From Hydrurus foetidus (Eukaryota), in contig UYFQ01000001.1 of the NCBI GenBank assembly GCA_900617105.1, forward strand, positions 4,092,001 to 4,156,000: a DNA stretch of 64,000 nt, given 5' to 3'. This document shows, one piece after another, positions 1-8,999 of the stretch. The stretch's first letter is position 1. Every line of letters starts with the position of its first letter. A program made the position numbers and the translations under genes. Below the pieces are notes generated by a model. That model did no database searches. It saw only the letters and a program-made list of their open reading frames with translations, and was not told where the DNA came from.

Positions 1-1871
1 AAGGTAAAGCGCAGCGCGTCTGCACCGTAGCCCGGTATACCTGTGGGAAATTCTTTTTCGGTCAGCTTGCGCACAGTAGGTGCGGTCTCTGGCTTACGAA
101 GGCCTTGAGAGCGTTTGTCTAGCAATGGCGCCAATTCAATGCCGTCAATCAAGTCCACCGGGTCAAGTACATTGCCTTCGGACTTGCTCATTTTTTTACC
201 CTGAGCGTCTTTGACCAGGCCGTGAATATAGACGTGCTTGAACGGCACCTGGCCCGTAAAGTGCGTCGTCATCATGATCATCCGCGCGACCCAGAAGAAA
301 ATGATGTCGTAGCCTGTGACCAGCACGCTGGAGGGCAAAAACAAATCAAGCTCTTTGGTTTTCTCAGGCCAGCCCAATGATGAAAAAGGCACAAGCGCGG
401 ATGAATACCATGTGTCTAGTACATCCTCATCACGCGTGAGCTTTTTGCCCGGCGCTTGCAACTGCGCAGCCGCTTCGTTTTCTGCCACATACACGGTGCC
501 ATCTTCGTCATACCAGGCCGGAATCTGGTGGCCCCACCACAACTGGCGCGAAATGCACCAGTCTTGAATGTTGTTCATCCACTGGTTGTAGGTGTTCACC
601 CATTGCTCGGGTACAAACTTCACGTCGCCGTTGGCCACTGCGTCGCGCGCTTTTTGTGAGATCGATTTTCCCGTTGGGTCTTGGTCGCTGACTTTGCTGA
701 GCGCTACAAACCACTGGTCCGTCAACATTGGCTCAACGACTGCGCCGGTACGCGCGCACACTGGCACCATGTTTTTATGCGGCACAGCTTTTTCTAAAAA
801 GCCAAGCGCTTCGAGGTCTTTTAAAACTGCTTTTCGGCACACGTAGCGGTCCATGCCTTGGTAGGCCGCCGGGCCGTTTTCATTGATCTTGGCGTCCAGC
901 GTGAAGATGGTGATGAGCGGCAGGTTGTGCCGCTGCGCGACCTGGTAATCGTTGAAGTCATGCGCGCCGGTGATCTTCACGCAGCCGCTGCCAAAGGCGG
1001 GGTCAACATAGGTGTCGGCAATGATCGGTATGGCGCGGTCGCACAGCGGCAAGTCGACCATTTTGCCTATCAGGTGCTGGTAGCGTGAGTCGTCAGGGTG
1101 CACGGCCAGCGCGCCGTCGGCCAGCATGGTTTCGGGTCGGGTGGTGGCAATGTGCATGCCGCGCATCGGGCTGCCGTCAGCGCCCTTTTGCGGGCCGTCA
1201 GAAAACGGGTATTCGATGTGCCACATAAAGCTGTCGCGCTCTTCGCTTTCGACTTCCAAGTCACTCACCGCAGACTTTAAAACCGGGTCCCAGTTCACCA
1301 GCCGTTTGCCACGGTAAATCAGGCCTTGTTCGTATAGCTTCACAAACGTGGATGTGACCACCGTGGACATCTTCGGGTCCATCGTGAAGTACTCATGCTT
1401 CCACGCCACTGAGTCGCCCATGCGGCGCATCTGCTGGGTAATAGTCGCGCCAGACTCCTCTTTCCACTCCCACACTTTGGCCACAAAGTTCTTGCGCCCC
1501 AAGTCATGCCGCGTTTGGCCTGCGGCTTGCAGTTTGCGCTCCACCACAATTTGCGTGGCAATACCGGCGTGGTCAGTGCCCGGCACCCACAGCGTGTTGT
1601 GGCCGCGCATGCGGTGGTAGCGGGTGAGGCTGTCCATGATCGTCTGGTTAAACGCATGGCCCATGTGCAGCGTGCCCGTCACATTGGGTGGCGGCAGCTG
1701 GATGGAAAACGACGGCTTGCTAGCGTCAAGCGTCGGCTCGTACATGCCGCTTTGCTCCCACAGCGGGCCAAAGTGCGCCTCAATCGCCGCAGGCTCAAAT
1801 GATTTAGCCAGGCTGTCAAGGCCGGGTGTGGCGGGGGTGGCTGTCGTGGGGCTGGAGGCAGAGTCGGTCAT
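1..1871 (-). CDS. valS: Valine--tRNA ligase, 5' part (runs off the window start)
   Basis: Manual translation from ATG at 1871: [10 protein letters not shown]...[18 protein letters not shown] (HIGH-like), [14 protein letters not shown], and KMSKS near 181-195. Confidence 0.97.
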   Translation of the reverse strand, partial: MTDSASSPTTATPATPGLDSLAKSFEPAAIEAHFGPLWEQSGMYEPTLDASKPSFSIQLPPPNVTGTLHMGHAFNQTIMDSLTRYHRMRGHNTLWVPGTDHAGIATQIVVERKLQAAGQTRHDLGRKNFVAKVWEWKEESGATITQQMRRMGDSVAWKHEYFTMDPKMSTVVTSTFVKLYEQGLIYRGKRLVNWDPVLKSAVSDLEVESEERDSFMWHIEYPFSDGPQKGADGSPMRGMHIATTRPETMLADGALAVHPDDSRYQHLIGKMVDLPLCDRAIPIIADTYVDPAFGSGCVKITGAHDFNDYQVAQRHNLPLITIFTLDAKINENGPAAYQGMDRYVCRKAVLKDLEALGFLEKAVPHKNMVPVCARTGAVVEPMLTDQWFVALSKVSDQDPTGKSISQKARDAVANGDVKFVPEQWVNTYNQWMNNIQDWCISRQLWWGHQIPAWYDEDGTVYVAENEAAAQLQAPGKKLTRDEDVLDTWYSSALVPFSSLGWPEKTKELDLFLPSSVLVTGYDIIFFWVARMIMMTTHFTGQVPFKHVYIHGLVKDAQGKKMSKSEGNVLDPVDLIDGIELAPLLDKRSQGLRKPETAPTVRKLTEKEFPTGIPGYGADALRFT

Positions 1872-1879
1872 GGTGGAAT

Positions 1880-1907
1880 AAAAAAACGGCATCTAGGCGA
1901 TGCCGTT
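1880..1907 (-). terminator. Terminator-like hairpin plus U-tract just upstream of the valS start
   Basis: Minus strand AACGGCATC-GCCTA-GATGCCGTT then TTTTT, 8 nt before ATG. Confidence 0.5.
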
Positions 1908-1960
1908 GTGTGTACAGGTTAGTTGCTGCAATTTTATTCGACAGCAGCAAGCTGATCAGA

Positions 1961-2070
1961 CGCTATTAATTCAGGAGCTGCTTACGCCCGTAATCATTGG
2001 GCTAGAGCCCTAAAAAACCCCTAAAACGGCCTAAAAATAGCCAAAATCAGATCCCGGCGGGTTTTTTCCA
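1961..2070 (+). repeat. Left copy of ~110-bp direct repeat (REP-like element plus duplicated 3' end of PDZ-protease gene)
   Basis: Colinear with 8889-8999, about 84 of 111 columns identical by manual alignment; 2047-2067 reads KKPAGI* on the minus strand. Confidence 0.9.
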
Positions 2071-2084
2071 TGAAAACCTGGTTT

Positions 2085-5084
2085 TCAGATCAATTTGCTT
2101 TGGGTAGATGCATCGGCCAGTGGCCGCAGGCGTGCAAAGTCCAGCAGCTCAGCCAAGCGCGCGCCCTTGGCTTGCCATTCCAGCAGCACCGGTTCAGCCA
2201 GCAACACGTAATGCCATGGCAAGCCGCCTCGCTGGTCTGCGGGCAAGTCGTTGATCCGGCTGCACCACGCGGTTGCCGCCCGTAGCTTGCGCTGCACGTT
2301 CGGGTGAATCGTTTGTTGTTGCGCCTTGGTTTCTACCAGGTACAAAGCGCCTTCGGTACGCACCATAAAGTCAGGTGAATAAAACGCTGGCAAGCCGTCA
2401 TCCTTCACGTAGCGTAGTCGGGCAAAGGTGTGGCGGTTTTCACTGACTTTGCAAAACGCCAGTGTGTGGGTGTCAGCTTGCGCCCAATGGATAAAGGCAC
2501 GCTCCAGCCCGCCGCTGTGCGCAGGCCAGCTCAGCCGGGTGTAAATGCATTTCGACACCTCTATTGAATGGCTTTCGCGCATCATCAGCTTGGGCACTTC
2601 TGACAGCATCCGCAAATACACTTCGGTCTGGCCAGTCACATGCTTTTGCTCTGAATCAAGCAGCGCCACGGCAAACACCTTGGTAATGTGATCCACCACT
2701 GGCTGGAGCAACAGCAAACGCCAGTTTTCAGTGCCGTTGTCGTCCCCCATCGGGTTAAAAGCTGCATCAAAAAGCTGCGTCCAGATGTAGTCGTCCAGCC
2801 AGCCGGTCAGTTCTGCCGTATTGACCTGCAAGTATGGCTTGGCCAAATGTGTCGCCACCCTGTTGCCCCTTGGCAAGTCAGAACTAAGTGCCTGGCTGAT
2901 GCGCCGCGTCAGCCGCGCCAGGTATTCGTTGTAGCCGCCCACATTCATCACCGCACCATCTACCCGGTAGTCACCAAACAGCGTAGCGCTTTGCAGGTCT
3001 TGTGAAATGAAGGTGTCACCCTTGCCCAGCAAGGCGCCTAACTGCTCTGCTGTCATGGCGGTAAAAGCAGGAAGCAGCGCTATGTCAAAAGCCTGGTGGT
3101 CACGTATTTCGTCTGCCTCTTGCAAAATGAACGGAATGCCGAAGTCAAATGCCTCATAGCCGTCGCGCAGCTCGGCAGCAATCACATCGCCCGCCGCGCT
3201 TGTGTCATCCAGATCGTCGGTAACCTCCCCAGCCAAGCCTTCCTTGATCAAATCATCGTAAAACGATTGAAACGCCGGGTGCTCGACGATGGATAGCACA
3301 TCAATCAGGCTACCCGGTTCCTGCCCGGCGTTGATGCGCTCGCGGTTTTCGCGTTTGAGATCGGTGTATTCGTCGTCGCGCCACATCAGCCGCAGGCCGC
3401 GCCCAATGGTTTGCTCCAGCAATATCTGTGCACCCGATGCGCGCAACGGCACGATAACGCAAATGTTGTTCACGTCAAAGCCTTCACGCAACATGAGTAC
3501 GCTGACGATCACGCGCGGGCTGGCGTGGCGGTCAACGCTGAAAAGCTGTTCCCGCTTTTCATTCCATTCCTTCTCGCTCAGTTCGGCCTTTTTGCCAGAG
3601 TCAATGGTCATTACGTCGTCTGGCATCAACCCTTCGTCTTGCAAAAAGGCAGCGACCAGTGGCGACACGGTGGTGTCCTCGCACACCACCAGCATTTTGG
3701 GGTGGCGCGTGCTGTCAAGCGCTGCAAAGTCGGCTTCCAGCTTGCGCAGCTTTTTTAAACCGGCGCGCAGCATCACCCGCTGGCCTTCGCTTAGCACCGG
3801 GTCGCCGTTGTCGTCACGTTCGGCTTTAAATTCAAGCGGCAGCGCACCAATTTCTTTGCGCCTGTCCAGCACCAGTGATTTGACAAGTCCGGCACGCATC
3901 GCACTTTTCAAGTCAAAGTCAGTGATGATGTGCGGGAAGTACAGCTTGCGTTTGTTTTTACCCGAGCCCACGTCGTTGTACGGCGTGGCTGAAAAGTCAA
4001 CCTGCACAAATCGCCTGCCTTTGGTTTCAGCAATCCGGCTCAGGCTTTTTTGCCATTCAACCTCTGTGGTTTCACCTTCGCGTTTGAACTCATGAATATG
4101 GTGTGCCTCGTCATTGAAGACCATCAGCTCTGGCAGCCCCGCCAAAAACTCCAGCACGTTGCCACGCGCATAGCGCCTGTCCAGCATTTCCAGGCTGTTA
4201 CCCGTGGCACGGCCTGGCATGAGCGGCAAGACGGCCTCAATCACCTGATGTGGCTCCAGTGGCGCGCCGGGGGCTTCAATGGTTTCAATGTCCAAGTCTT
4301 CGGGTAAATCGCCTTCGGTTAGCAGATGCCAGTTGGTGATGGCAATCATGCCGTTGCCCGTAGCTTTCAGGCCTATTTCGGTTTTGTTACAAACGTTGCC
4401 ACGTACAAACGCAAACACCGCGTCGCGATAGGCTTCAGGAATAAACAGGTCTGCAAACTGAAAGACGTCTGATGTGTTGAAGTTGCGCGAACCATTGCCG
4501 CCTTCAACCAGCTTGCCGCAAAAGGCATCCAGCAGGCGCTCATAAACAATCAGCCCCGGTGCTACCACCATGAATTGCCGTGTAAACCGTGCGTCGTCTG
4601 TACTTGCAGCCAGCGCTGCCGATTTATTGAGCAGTTGCCAGATCATCAACGCCTGTAGCACCCAGGTTTTGCCCGTACCCGTTGCCATCTTGAAGCAATA
4701 CTTGGGGTGCATGTGTTTTGCTTGCGCCACTTCGTTCAGCCGTGTACCCGTCAGCAAAGCATCAGGGGCAGCCGTCTTGTACAGGTCAAGCAATGACCAT
4801 GTGGCGTGGTCTTTGCCCAGAACTTCATGGGCCACGATGGCATTCAAAATCGCCTGCTTTTGCCCCGCATGAAAGTTCAAACCCCTGCGGGACAGCACCA
4901 TGTCTTCACCAAACCACCAGGTCAACAGTTCCGCCGTGGTGGGCGTGACCAGGTCCAGAATGTCTGCCGCGCCTGACTCAAGGCCCAGGCAGAGCTGATT
5001 GGTTTTGGCTGTCAGGCCTGCTGATAAAGCTAGCTGGTCGCCGTGTTGGTTGCTTTGTTGGTTGTTATGTACTTTTTGTGTCAT
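2085..5084 (-). CDS. res: Type III restriction endonuclease Res subunit (SF2 helicase plus PD-(D/E)xK nuclease)
   Basis: Walker A KMATGTGKT, DEAH box NDEAHH, SATP, LREGFD, QTIGRGLR, C-terminal YSPDF...LVETK; ATG at 5084. Confidence 0.92.
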   Translation of the reverse strand: MTQKVHNNQQSNQHGDQLALSAGLTAKTNQLCLGLESGAADILDLVTPTTAELLTWWFGEDMVLSRRGLNFHAGQKQAILNAIVAHEVLGKDHATWSLLDLYKTAAPDALLTGTRLNEVAQAKHMHPKYCFKMATGTGKTWVLQALMIWQLLNKSAALAASTDDARFTRQFMVVAPGLIVYERLLDAFCGKLVEGGNGSRNFNTSDVFQFADLFIPEAYRDAVFAFVRGNVCNKTEIGLKATGNGMIAITNWHLLTEGDLPEDLDIETIEAPGAPLEPHQVIEAVLPLMPGRATGNSLEMLDRRYARGNVLEFLAGLPELMVFNDEAHHIHEFKREGETTEVEWQKSLSRIAETKGRRFVQVDFSATPYNDVGSGKNKRKLYFPHIITDFDLKSAMRAGLVKSLVLDRRKEIGALPLEFKAERDDNGDPVLSEGQRVMLRAGLKKLRKLEADFAALDSTRHPKMLVVCEDTTVSPLVAAFLQDEGLMPDDVMTIDSGKKAELSEKEWNEKREQLFSVDRHASPRVIVSVLMLREGFDVNNICVIVPLRASGAQILLEQTIGRGLRLMWRDDEYTDLKRENRERINAGQEPGSLIDVLSIVEHPAFQSFYDDLIKEGLAGEVTDDLDDTSAAGDVIAAELRDGYEAFDFGIPFILQEADEIRDHQAFDIALLPAFTAMTAEQLGALLGKGDTFISQDLQSATLFGDYRVDGAVMNVGGYNEYLARLTRRISQALSSDLPRGNRVATHLAKPYLQVNTAELTGWLDDYIWTQLFDAAFNPMGDDNGTENWRLLLLQPVVDHITKVFAVALLDSEQKHVTGQTEVYLRMLSEVPKLMMRESHSIEVSKCIYTRLSWPAHSGGLERAFIHWAQADTHTLAFCKVSENRHTFARLRYVKDDGLPAFYSPDFMVRTEGALYLVETKAQQQTIHPNVQRKLRAATAWCSRINDLPADQRGGLPWHYVLLAEPVLLEWQAKGARLAELLDFARLRPLADASTQSKLI

Positions 5085-5129
5085 AGGGTGTGTAGTCAAA
5101 ACAGGGGGCTACGTGAGAAAATTGACTCA

Positions 5130-5873
5130 ATGACCAACATCGTCAAACCACCGCGCACCCCTTGGGGAGTTTTTCCTGACGTGTTGATTCACGCTAGTGA
5201 GTCTGCGGTCAAGCAGCACCCGGCCTACAGCGCAGCGAAAGTGGGCGACGACGATGCCGCCATAGCGCTGGTGCTTGACACGTTCAACATGGCGCGGGCA
5301 CTGGAGATGAAGTGTTTTGAGGGAGATACCAAACCAACGCTTGTCAGCGCACATGCACTTGAGCGTGAAGGCGTAAATGCGATTCCTGAGGTTTTTGCAG
5401 AACGCCTGGGCCAAGTACTTGACTGGCCTTTGGACAATGGCGTTGTTCAGGTCAACGTCGTGTCGCATACCGGTGCAGATGGTTTTTGGCGGTTGGCTCG
5501 CCAGGCTGAGTTTGATGGTTTGGTTCACCGGGGTCGCGCTTACGTGCTCGTCGATGACTTTGTCGGCATGGGCGGCACGCTGGCCAATTTGAGAGGTCAT
5601 ATCGAATCGAACGGTGGCCTGGTACTGGCTGCGGTATCCTTGACGGGCAAACCCCACTCTGCCAAATTGGCTTTGACGGCTGATCGGCTTAATGAATTGA
5701 GGGCTAAACATGGACAAGAACTTGAAAACTGGTGGATCAAACGCTTCGCTCACACCTTCGACGCGCTTACTGAATCAGAAGCTCGGTACCTCGCCCGGAC
5801 CGAGACGGCTGACATCGTCCGAGATCGAATTACTGCGGCAGAGCAAGCAGGAAATAGCAAAACGCTTTTCTGA
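5130..5873 (+). CDS. Phosphoribosyltransferase-fold protein
   Basis: PRPP-binding loop YVLVDDFVGMGGTL; ATG at 5130 in frame with ORF 5043..5873. Confidence 0.85.
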   Translation: MTNIVKPPRTPWGVFPDVLIHASESAVKQHPAYSAAKVGDDDAAIALVLDTFNMARALEMKCFEGDTKPTLVSAHALEREGVNAIPEVFAERLGQVLDWPLDNGVVQVNVVSHTGADGFWRLARQAEFDGLVHRGRAYVLVDDFVGMGGTLANLRGHIESNGGLVLAAVSLTGKPHSAKLALTADRLNELRAKHGQELENWWIKRFAHTFDALTESEARYLARTETADIVRDRITAAEQAGNSKTLF

Positions 5874-5901
5874 AAATTACGCACGTCATGTAGCCGCGTG
5901 A
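5710..5901 (+). CDS. Putative 63-aa protein overlapping the PRTase 3' end in another frame
   Basis: ATG preceded by GAGGG; amphipathic helical tail LTSSEIELLRQSKQEIAKRF. Confidence 0.35.
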   Translation: MDKNLKTGGSNASLTPSTRLLNQKLGTSPGPRRLTSSEIELLRQSKQEIAKRFSENYARHVAA

Positions 5902-5925
5902 GAGCGGTGAGAAACGCCGGTCTGC

Positions 5926-7950
5926 TCACGGCGCAGCTACCGTGCTGACCACTTCTGCCTCAAACCCAAACACATCCACCACCCGCACGCATACCTTGCG
6001 CGCGCCTGGCTTGAACAGTGTTGTCACCACCGCTTGCGTGACCACACGCAGCTCGTCTTCGTCGTTGGCCGTGTTGCCCCGGTAGTCCTGCCAAACTGAC
6101 CTGAACACCTTGCCGTCGTAGTCTGGGTCAAGCGCCCAGTATTCAATCAGTGCCAGCGGCTCTTTGTTGATCACGGCCTGCAGCTTTTGCCGATTCGCGT
6201 CATCGAGGTTGATGGCCTCGGGCGACAGCAGCACGTAGTTTTTGAGTTTGACGGTCAGGGTTTCTTGCTCGCCTTCTGCTTTGCGCTCCACGGGATGAAT
6301 CGTCAAATACTGCAACGACGAAAACCTTACCTGCCCACGCAGCTTGTCCATTCCGCCTTTTTTCTTCAGCCTGTCCATCAAGTCTGGCGGAATCACCAAC
6401 ACCTCCAGCCGCGAATCGTTCAGCGCGGTGATGGTTTCGCCAATCGAAGGCTCAAAGCTCCATCCTAGTACCACCACCCGGTCCCAGCCGCCCATCAGGT
6501 TGTCGCGCTGGGCAATGGCTTTTTTAAGCGTGGCCGCACCAGTGAGCTTGTTAGGCGAATCAGCAAGCACCAGCGTCTTACTGCCCCGGTTCGCGCCGAG
6601 GGCGATGCCTGCTATCTGCCCTAGGTTGCGTTGCGGGTTGACATCTGGCGGCAATGGCAATGCGCCAAACAGCGAGAGCACGATTTGCGACAAATCACCA
6701 ATTCTGAAGTCACGACCCAGAGTAGCTTTAGCGGCTTCTACTTGGTAGTCGCCAATGGCTTGATAAAGAAACGGCTTGGCGTTTTGATCGATCAGGCGTT
6801 TGCGCATGATCATGCAGGCGGGTTTGCCGAGGTCTGTGGTGATCCAGCGACGTCCTAATCTTTCGGCTGCTGCGGCTGTTGTGCCTGAGCCGCCGTTGAA
6901 ATCCGCGACGATGCCGTTCTCAGGGCAGGACGAGAGAATGATTCGGTCAAGGAGTTTTTCGGGTTTTTGAGTAGCGTAATCTACTCGTTCGTTAGCAACA
7001 GGATTTACTGGTGGTATATCGTCCCAGACCGAATCAATGATGTCACCCTCCACGTTGTCCAAATAGATTTTTCGACTACCACCGCCCGTAGGATTTACAT
7101 CACTTCGGCATAGGCGTCCTGTTTCATCAGGCTTGAAACGCTTTAGATACTCGGAGCTGTGCGGTCGATATTGAGTCTTCCAGGTGTAGTTGGATCCTTT
7201 TGAGTATGAGAAAAGAAGGTCATGCTTTTGGGGAAATTTTTTAGCGGTTGATCGCTTGAAGCCGAAATAGCTCCAAACCAGTTCATTGCGGAAGTTGTTT
7301 TTCCCAAAAATCTCGTCTAACACCAGTTTTACGTAGTGGCTTACATGCCAATCCAGATGCACATAAATCGAGCCGGTATCCGCCAGCAACTCACGCATCA
7401 AAATCAGCCGGGGCGTGATCATCGCGAGATATGAAGCAGTGCCGTCGCTCCAGGTGTCCGAATAGGCAAACTGCTCAATCACTGTGGGCTTTTGCTCCAG
7501 TTCCACCCCGGGCAGGCTGACCTTGGTGCGGTAGTCGGCTTTGCTGTCGAACGGGGGGTCAATGTAGATCAAATCAACTTTCCCGCGCAGGCTGGGCGTG
7601 GTCTCATCTCCCGCCAGCAGGGCAGCCATGGCCAGCAAGTTGTCGCCGTAAATCAGGCGGTTGGCCCAAGGCCCTTCGACAGGCTCAGGGCGAACGGATG
7701 ACGCGTCGTCCAGTATCGGTTGTGGGTTGGCAATCAAACTGGCCTGGCCCGGTGCAAACACCTCACGTTGCGCGGCACGGTTTTGCGCAGTAACCCAGTC
7801 CTGTGCCGCTGAATCTTTAGCGGGCAACACCACTTCACGGGTCTGCAGCGTTACCCGGTGACGGTTTTCAATGCCTTCCAGGATTTTTTCGGCTTCTTTG
7901 CGGCCATTGGCCACGATTTCGGGAAGCTGTTCGAGCAGGGATTTAGGCAT
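5926..7950 (-). CDS. mod: Type III R-M DNA methyltransferase Mod subunit (beta class)
   Basis: Motif IV IYIDPPF precedes motif [16 protein letters not shown] and YATQKPE motifs. Confidence 0.93.
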   Translation of the reverse strand: MPKSLLEQLPEIVANGRKEAEKILEGIENRHRVTLQTREVVLPAKDSAAQDWVTAQNRAAQREVFAPGQASLIANPQPILDDASSVRPEPVEGPWANRLIYGDNLLAMAALLAGDETTPSLRGKVDLIYIDPPFDSKADYRTKVSLPGVELEQKPTVIEQFAYSDTWSDGTASYLAMITPRLILMRELLADTGSIYVHLDWHVSHYVKLVLDEIFGKNNFRNELVWSYFGFKRSTAKKFPQKHDLLFSYSKGSNYTWKTQYRPHSSEYLKRFKPDETGRLCRSDVNPTGGGSRKIYLDNVEGDIIDSVWDDIPPVNPVANERVDYATQKPEKLLDRIILSSCPENGIVADFNGGSGTTAAAAERLGRRWITTDLGKPACMIMRKRLIDQNAKPFLYQAIGDYQVEAAKATLGRDFRIGDLSQIVLSLFGALPLPPDVNPQRNLGQIAGIALGANRGSKTLVLADSPNKLTGAATLKKAIAQRDNLMGGWDRVVVLGWSFEPSIGETITALNDSRLEVLVIPPDLMDRLKKKGGMDKLRGQVRFSSLQYLTIHPVERKAEGEQETLTVKLKNYVLLSPEAINLDDANRQKLQAVINKEPLALIEYWALDPDYDGKVFRSVWQDYRGNTANDEDELRVVTQAVVTTLFKPGARKVCVRVVDVFGFEAEVVSTVAAP
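7672..7697. repeat. Palindrome family B arm in frame in mod (VRPEPVEG)
   Basis: CCCTTCGACAGGCTCAGGGCGAACGG is identical to 26324-26349. Confidence 0.9.
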
Positions 7951-7982
7951 GGGCAGGCGGAGAATTTAAATCTACTGATAAG

Positions 7983-8039
7983 GGACGTAAAACGTCAACT
8001 GTAATGGACGTTTAAGACAAGTGGTGCGGATACCGTCCC
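7983..8039. promoter_or_regulatory. Putative operators in the divergent mod/XRE promoter region
   Basis: GACGT-AAA-ACGTC inverted repeat at 7984-7996, GGACGT at 8006-8011, CCGTCCC at 8033-8039. Confidence 0.45.
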
Positions 8040-8043
8040 AGTC

Positions 8044-8454
8044 ATGAATGAGAAGAAGGAGTTCAGTGGGCGTTTGCGGGCAGCCATGAAGGCCCAGCGG
8101 CTGGAGGTCAGTGGCCCGGTGCTTGAGCGCGAGTTCAATCTGCGCTGGTCAGGTAACCCAGTGCGGCGTCAAACCGTGTGGAAGTGGCTTAACGGCGAGG
8201 CCATCCCCACTCAAGACAAGCTGCAAGAGCTGGCAAAGTGGCTGAAGCTGGACCCGCAGCGTTTACGGTTTGGTGACCATGTACAAACTCATTTGCGTGC
8301 CGAACAAAAACGCTGGGATGAAGGCGTTGGCTACCTGGAACGCGAAACCTTTGACGCTTTCTTGAAGCTGCCAGCACCGCAGCGCAAAATCATCCGGGAG
8401 GTGATTCTGGCTTTTGCCAAAGCGCACGATACAGTTGGTGCAGCGGATACCTGA
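8044..8454 (+). CDS. XRE-family HTH transcriptional regulator
   Basis: FSGRLRAAM...RQTVWKWLNGEAIP...LQELAKWL; divergent from mod. Confidence 0.85.
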   Translation: MNEKKEFSGRLRAAMKAQRLEVSGPVLEREFNLRWSGNPVRRQTVWKWLNGEAIPTQDKLQELAKWLKLDPQRLRFGDHVQTHLRAEQKRWDEGVGYLERETFDAFLKLPAPQRKIIREVILAFAKAHDTVGAADT

Positions 8455-8467
8455 AGTGCAGTAAAAG

Positions 8468-8539
8468 CGCTACTAAATCAGGAGCTGCTTGCGCCCGTAT
8501 TCATTGGCTTTGAGGCCGAATATATAGGTAAAACGGCCT
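8468..8539 (+). repeat. REP-like family A copy
   Basis: CGCTACTAAATCAGGAGCTGCTTGCGCCCGTATTCATTGG...TAAAACGGCCT resembles 1961-2032. Confidence 0.9.
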
Positions 8540-8561
8540 TTTTTGGTCATTTTGGAGCTAT

Positions 8562-8846
8562 TTGGGGCTGAATATGGATTGCGCTGAAGAACACGAACGC
8601 AGGGCGACTTCTGGAATGACTAGACAAGTAAAAGTATTTGATCTTGAAGAAAGGCTGACAGCTCGGGGCTTTCGCATGGCTAGAGACAAGGTGCTTCACG
8701 TCATGCGTGAAGGTGCCATGACACCGCCAAGTTCAGTCATCTTGAGTCTGATCGATCTGCTTGAATCGTATGAGTTAGCCCTTAGCCAAGTACCACCGGA
8801 CTGGTTAATGTCTCATGCTGAGCTTGCAGAAGCGGGAATTATCTGA
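8562..8846 (+). CDS. Hypothetical protein (orphan between two repeat copies)
   Basis: 94-aa ORF, GGAG upstream, AT-richer than flanks. Confidence 0.45.
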   Translation: MGLNMDCAEEHERRATSGMTRQVKVFDLEERLTARGFRMARDKVLHVMREGAMTPPSSVILSLIDLLESYELALSQVPPDWLMSHAELAEAGII

Positions 8847-8888
8847 TTGCTTGCACTGGCTTTTTTGGGTGCGCCAAGTTGCTTAGAT

Positions 8889-8999
8889 TACTATAAATTT
8901 CGTAGCTGGTCGCGCCCGTATTCATTGGGCTGCAGGCCTAAAACACACTTGAAACGCCCTAAAAACGGCCCAGAATCAAATCCCAGCTGGCTTTTTCAA
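8889..8999 (+). repeat. Right copy of ~110-bp direct repeat (family A plus functional 3' end of protease gene)
   Basis: Aligns with 1961-2070. Confidence 0.9.

Larger units (their letters stand above)
2071..8888. mobile_element. Integrase-less defence island (type III R-M, PRTase, XRE regulator, orphan ORF)
   Basis: Bounded by direct repeats; defence cargo between valS and the PDZ-protease gene; no recombinase inside. Confidence 0.7.

Noticed and set aside
3289..4095. Long antisense ORFs (e.g. 3289..4095, 15457..16152, 17523..18392, 34686..35390, 43108..43881)
   Set aside because: Shadows of well-supported genes on the opposite strand, with no recognisable motifs.
5926..7950. Phase-variable mod (phasevarion)
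   Set aside because: No simple-sequence repeat tract seen in the ORF or promoter.
2071..8888. Prophage or ICE
   Set aside because: No integrase, structural, replication or conjugation genes.
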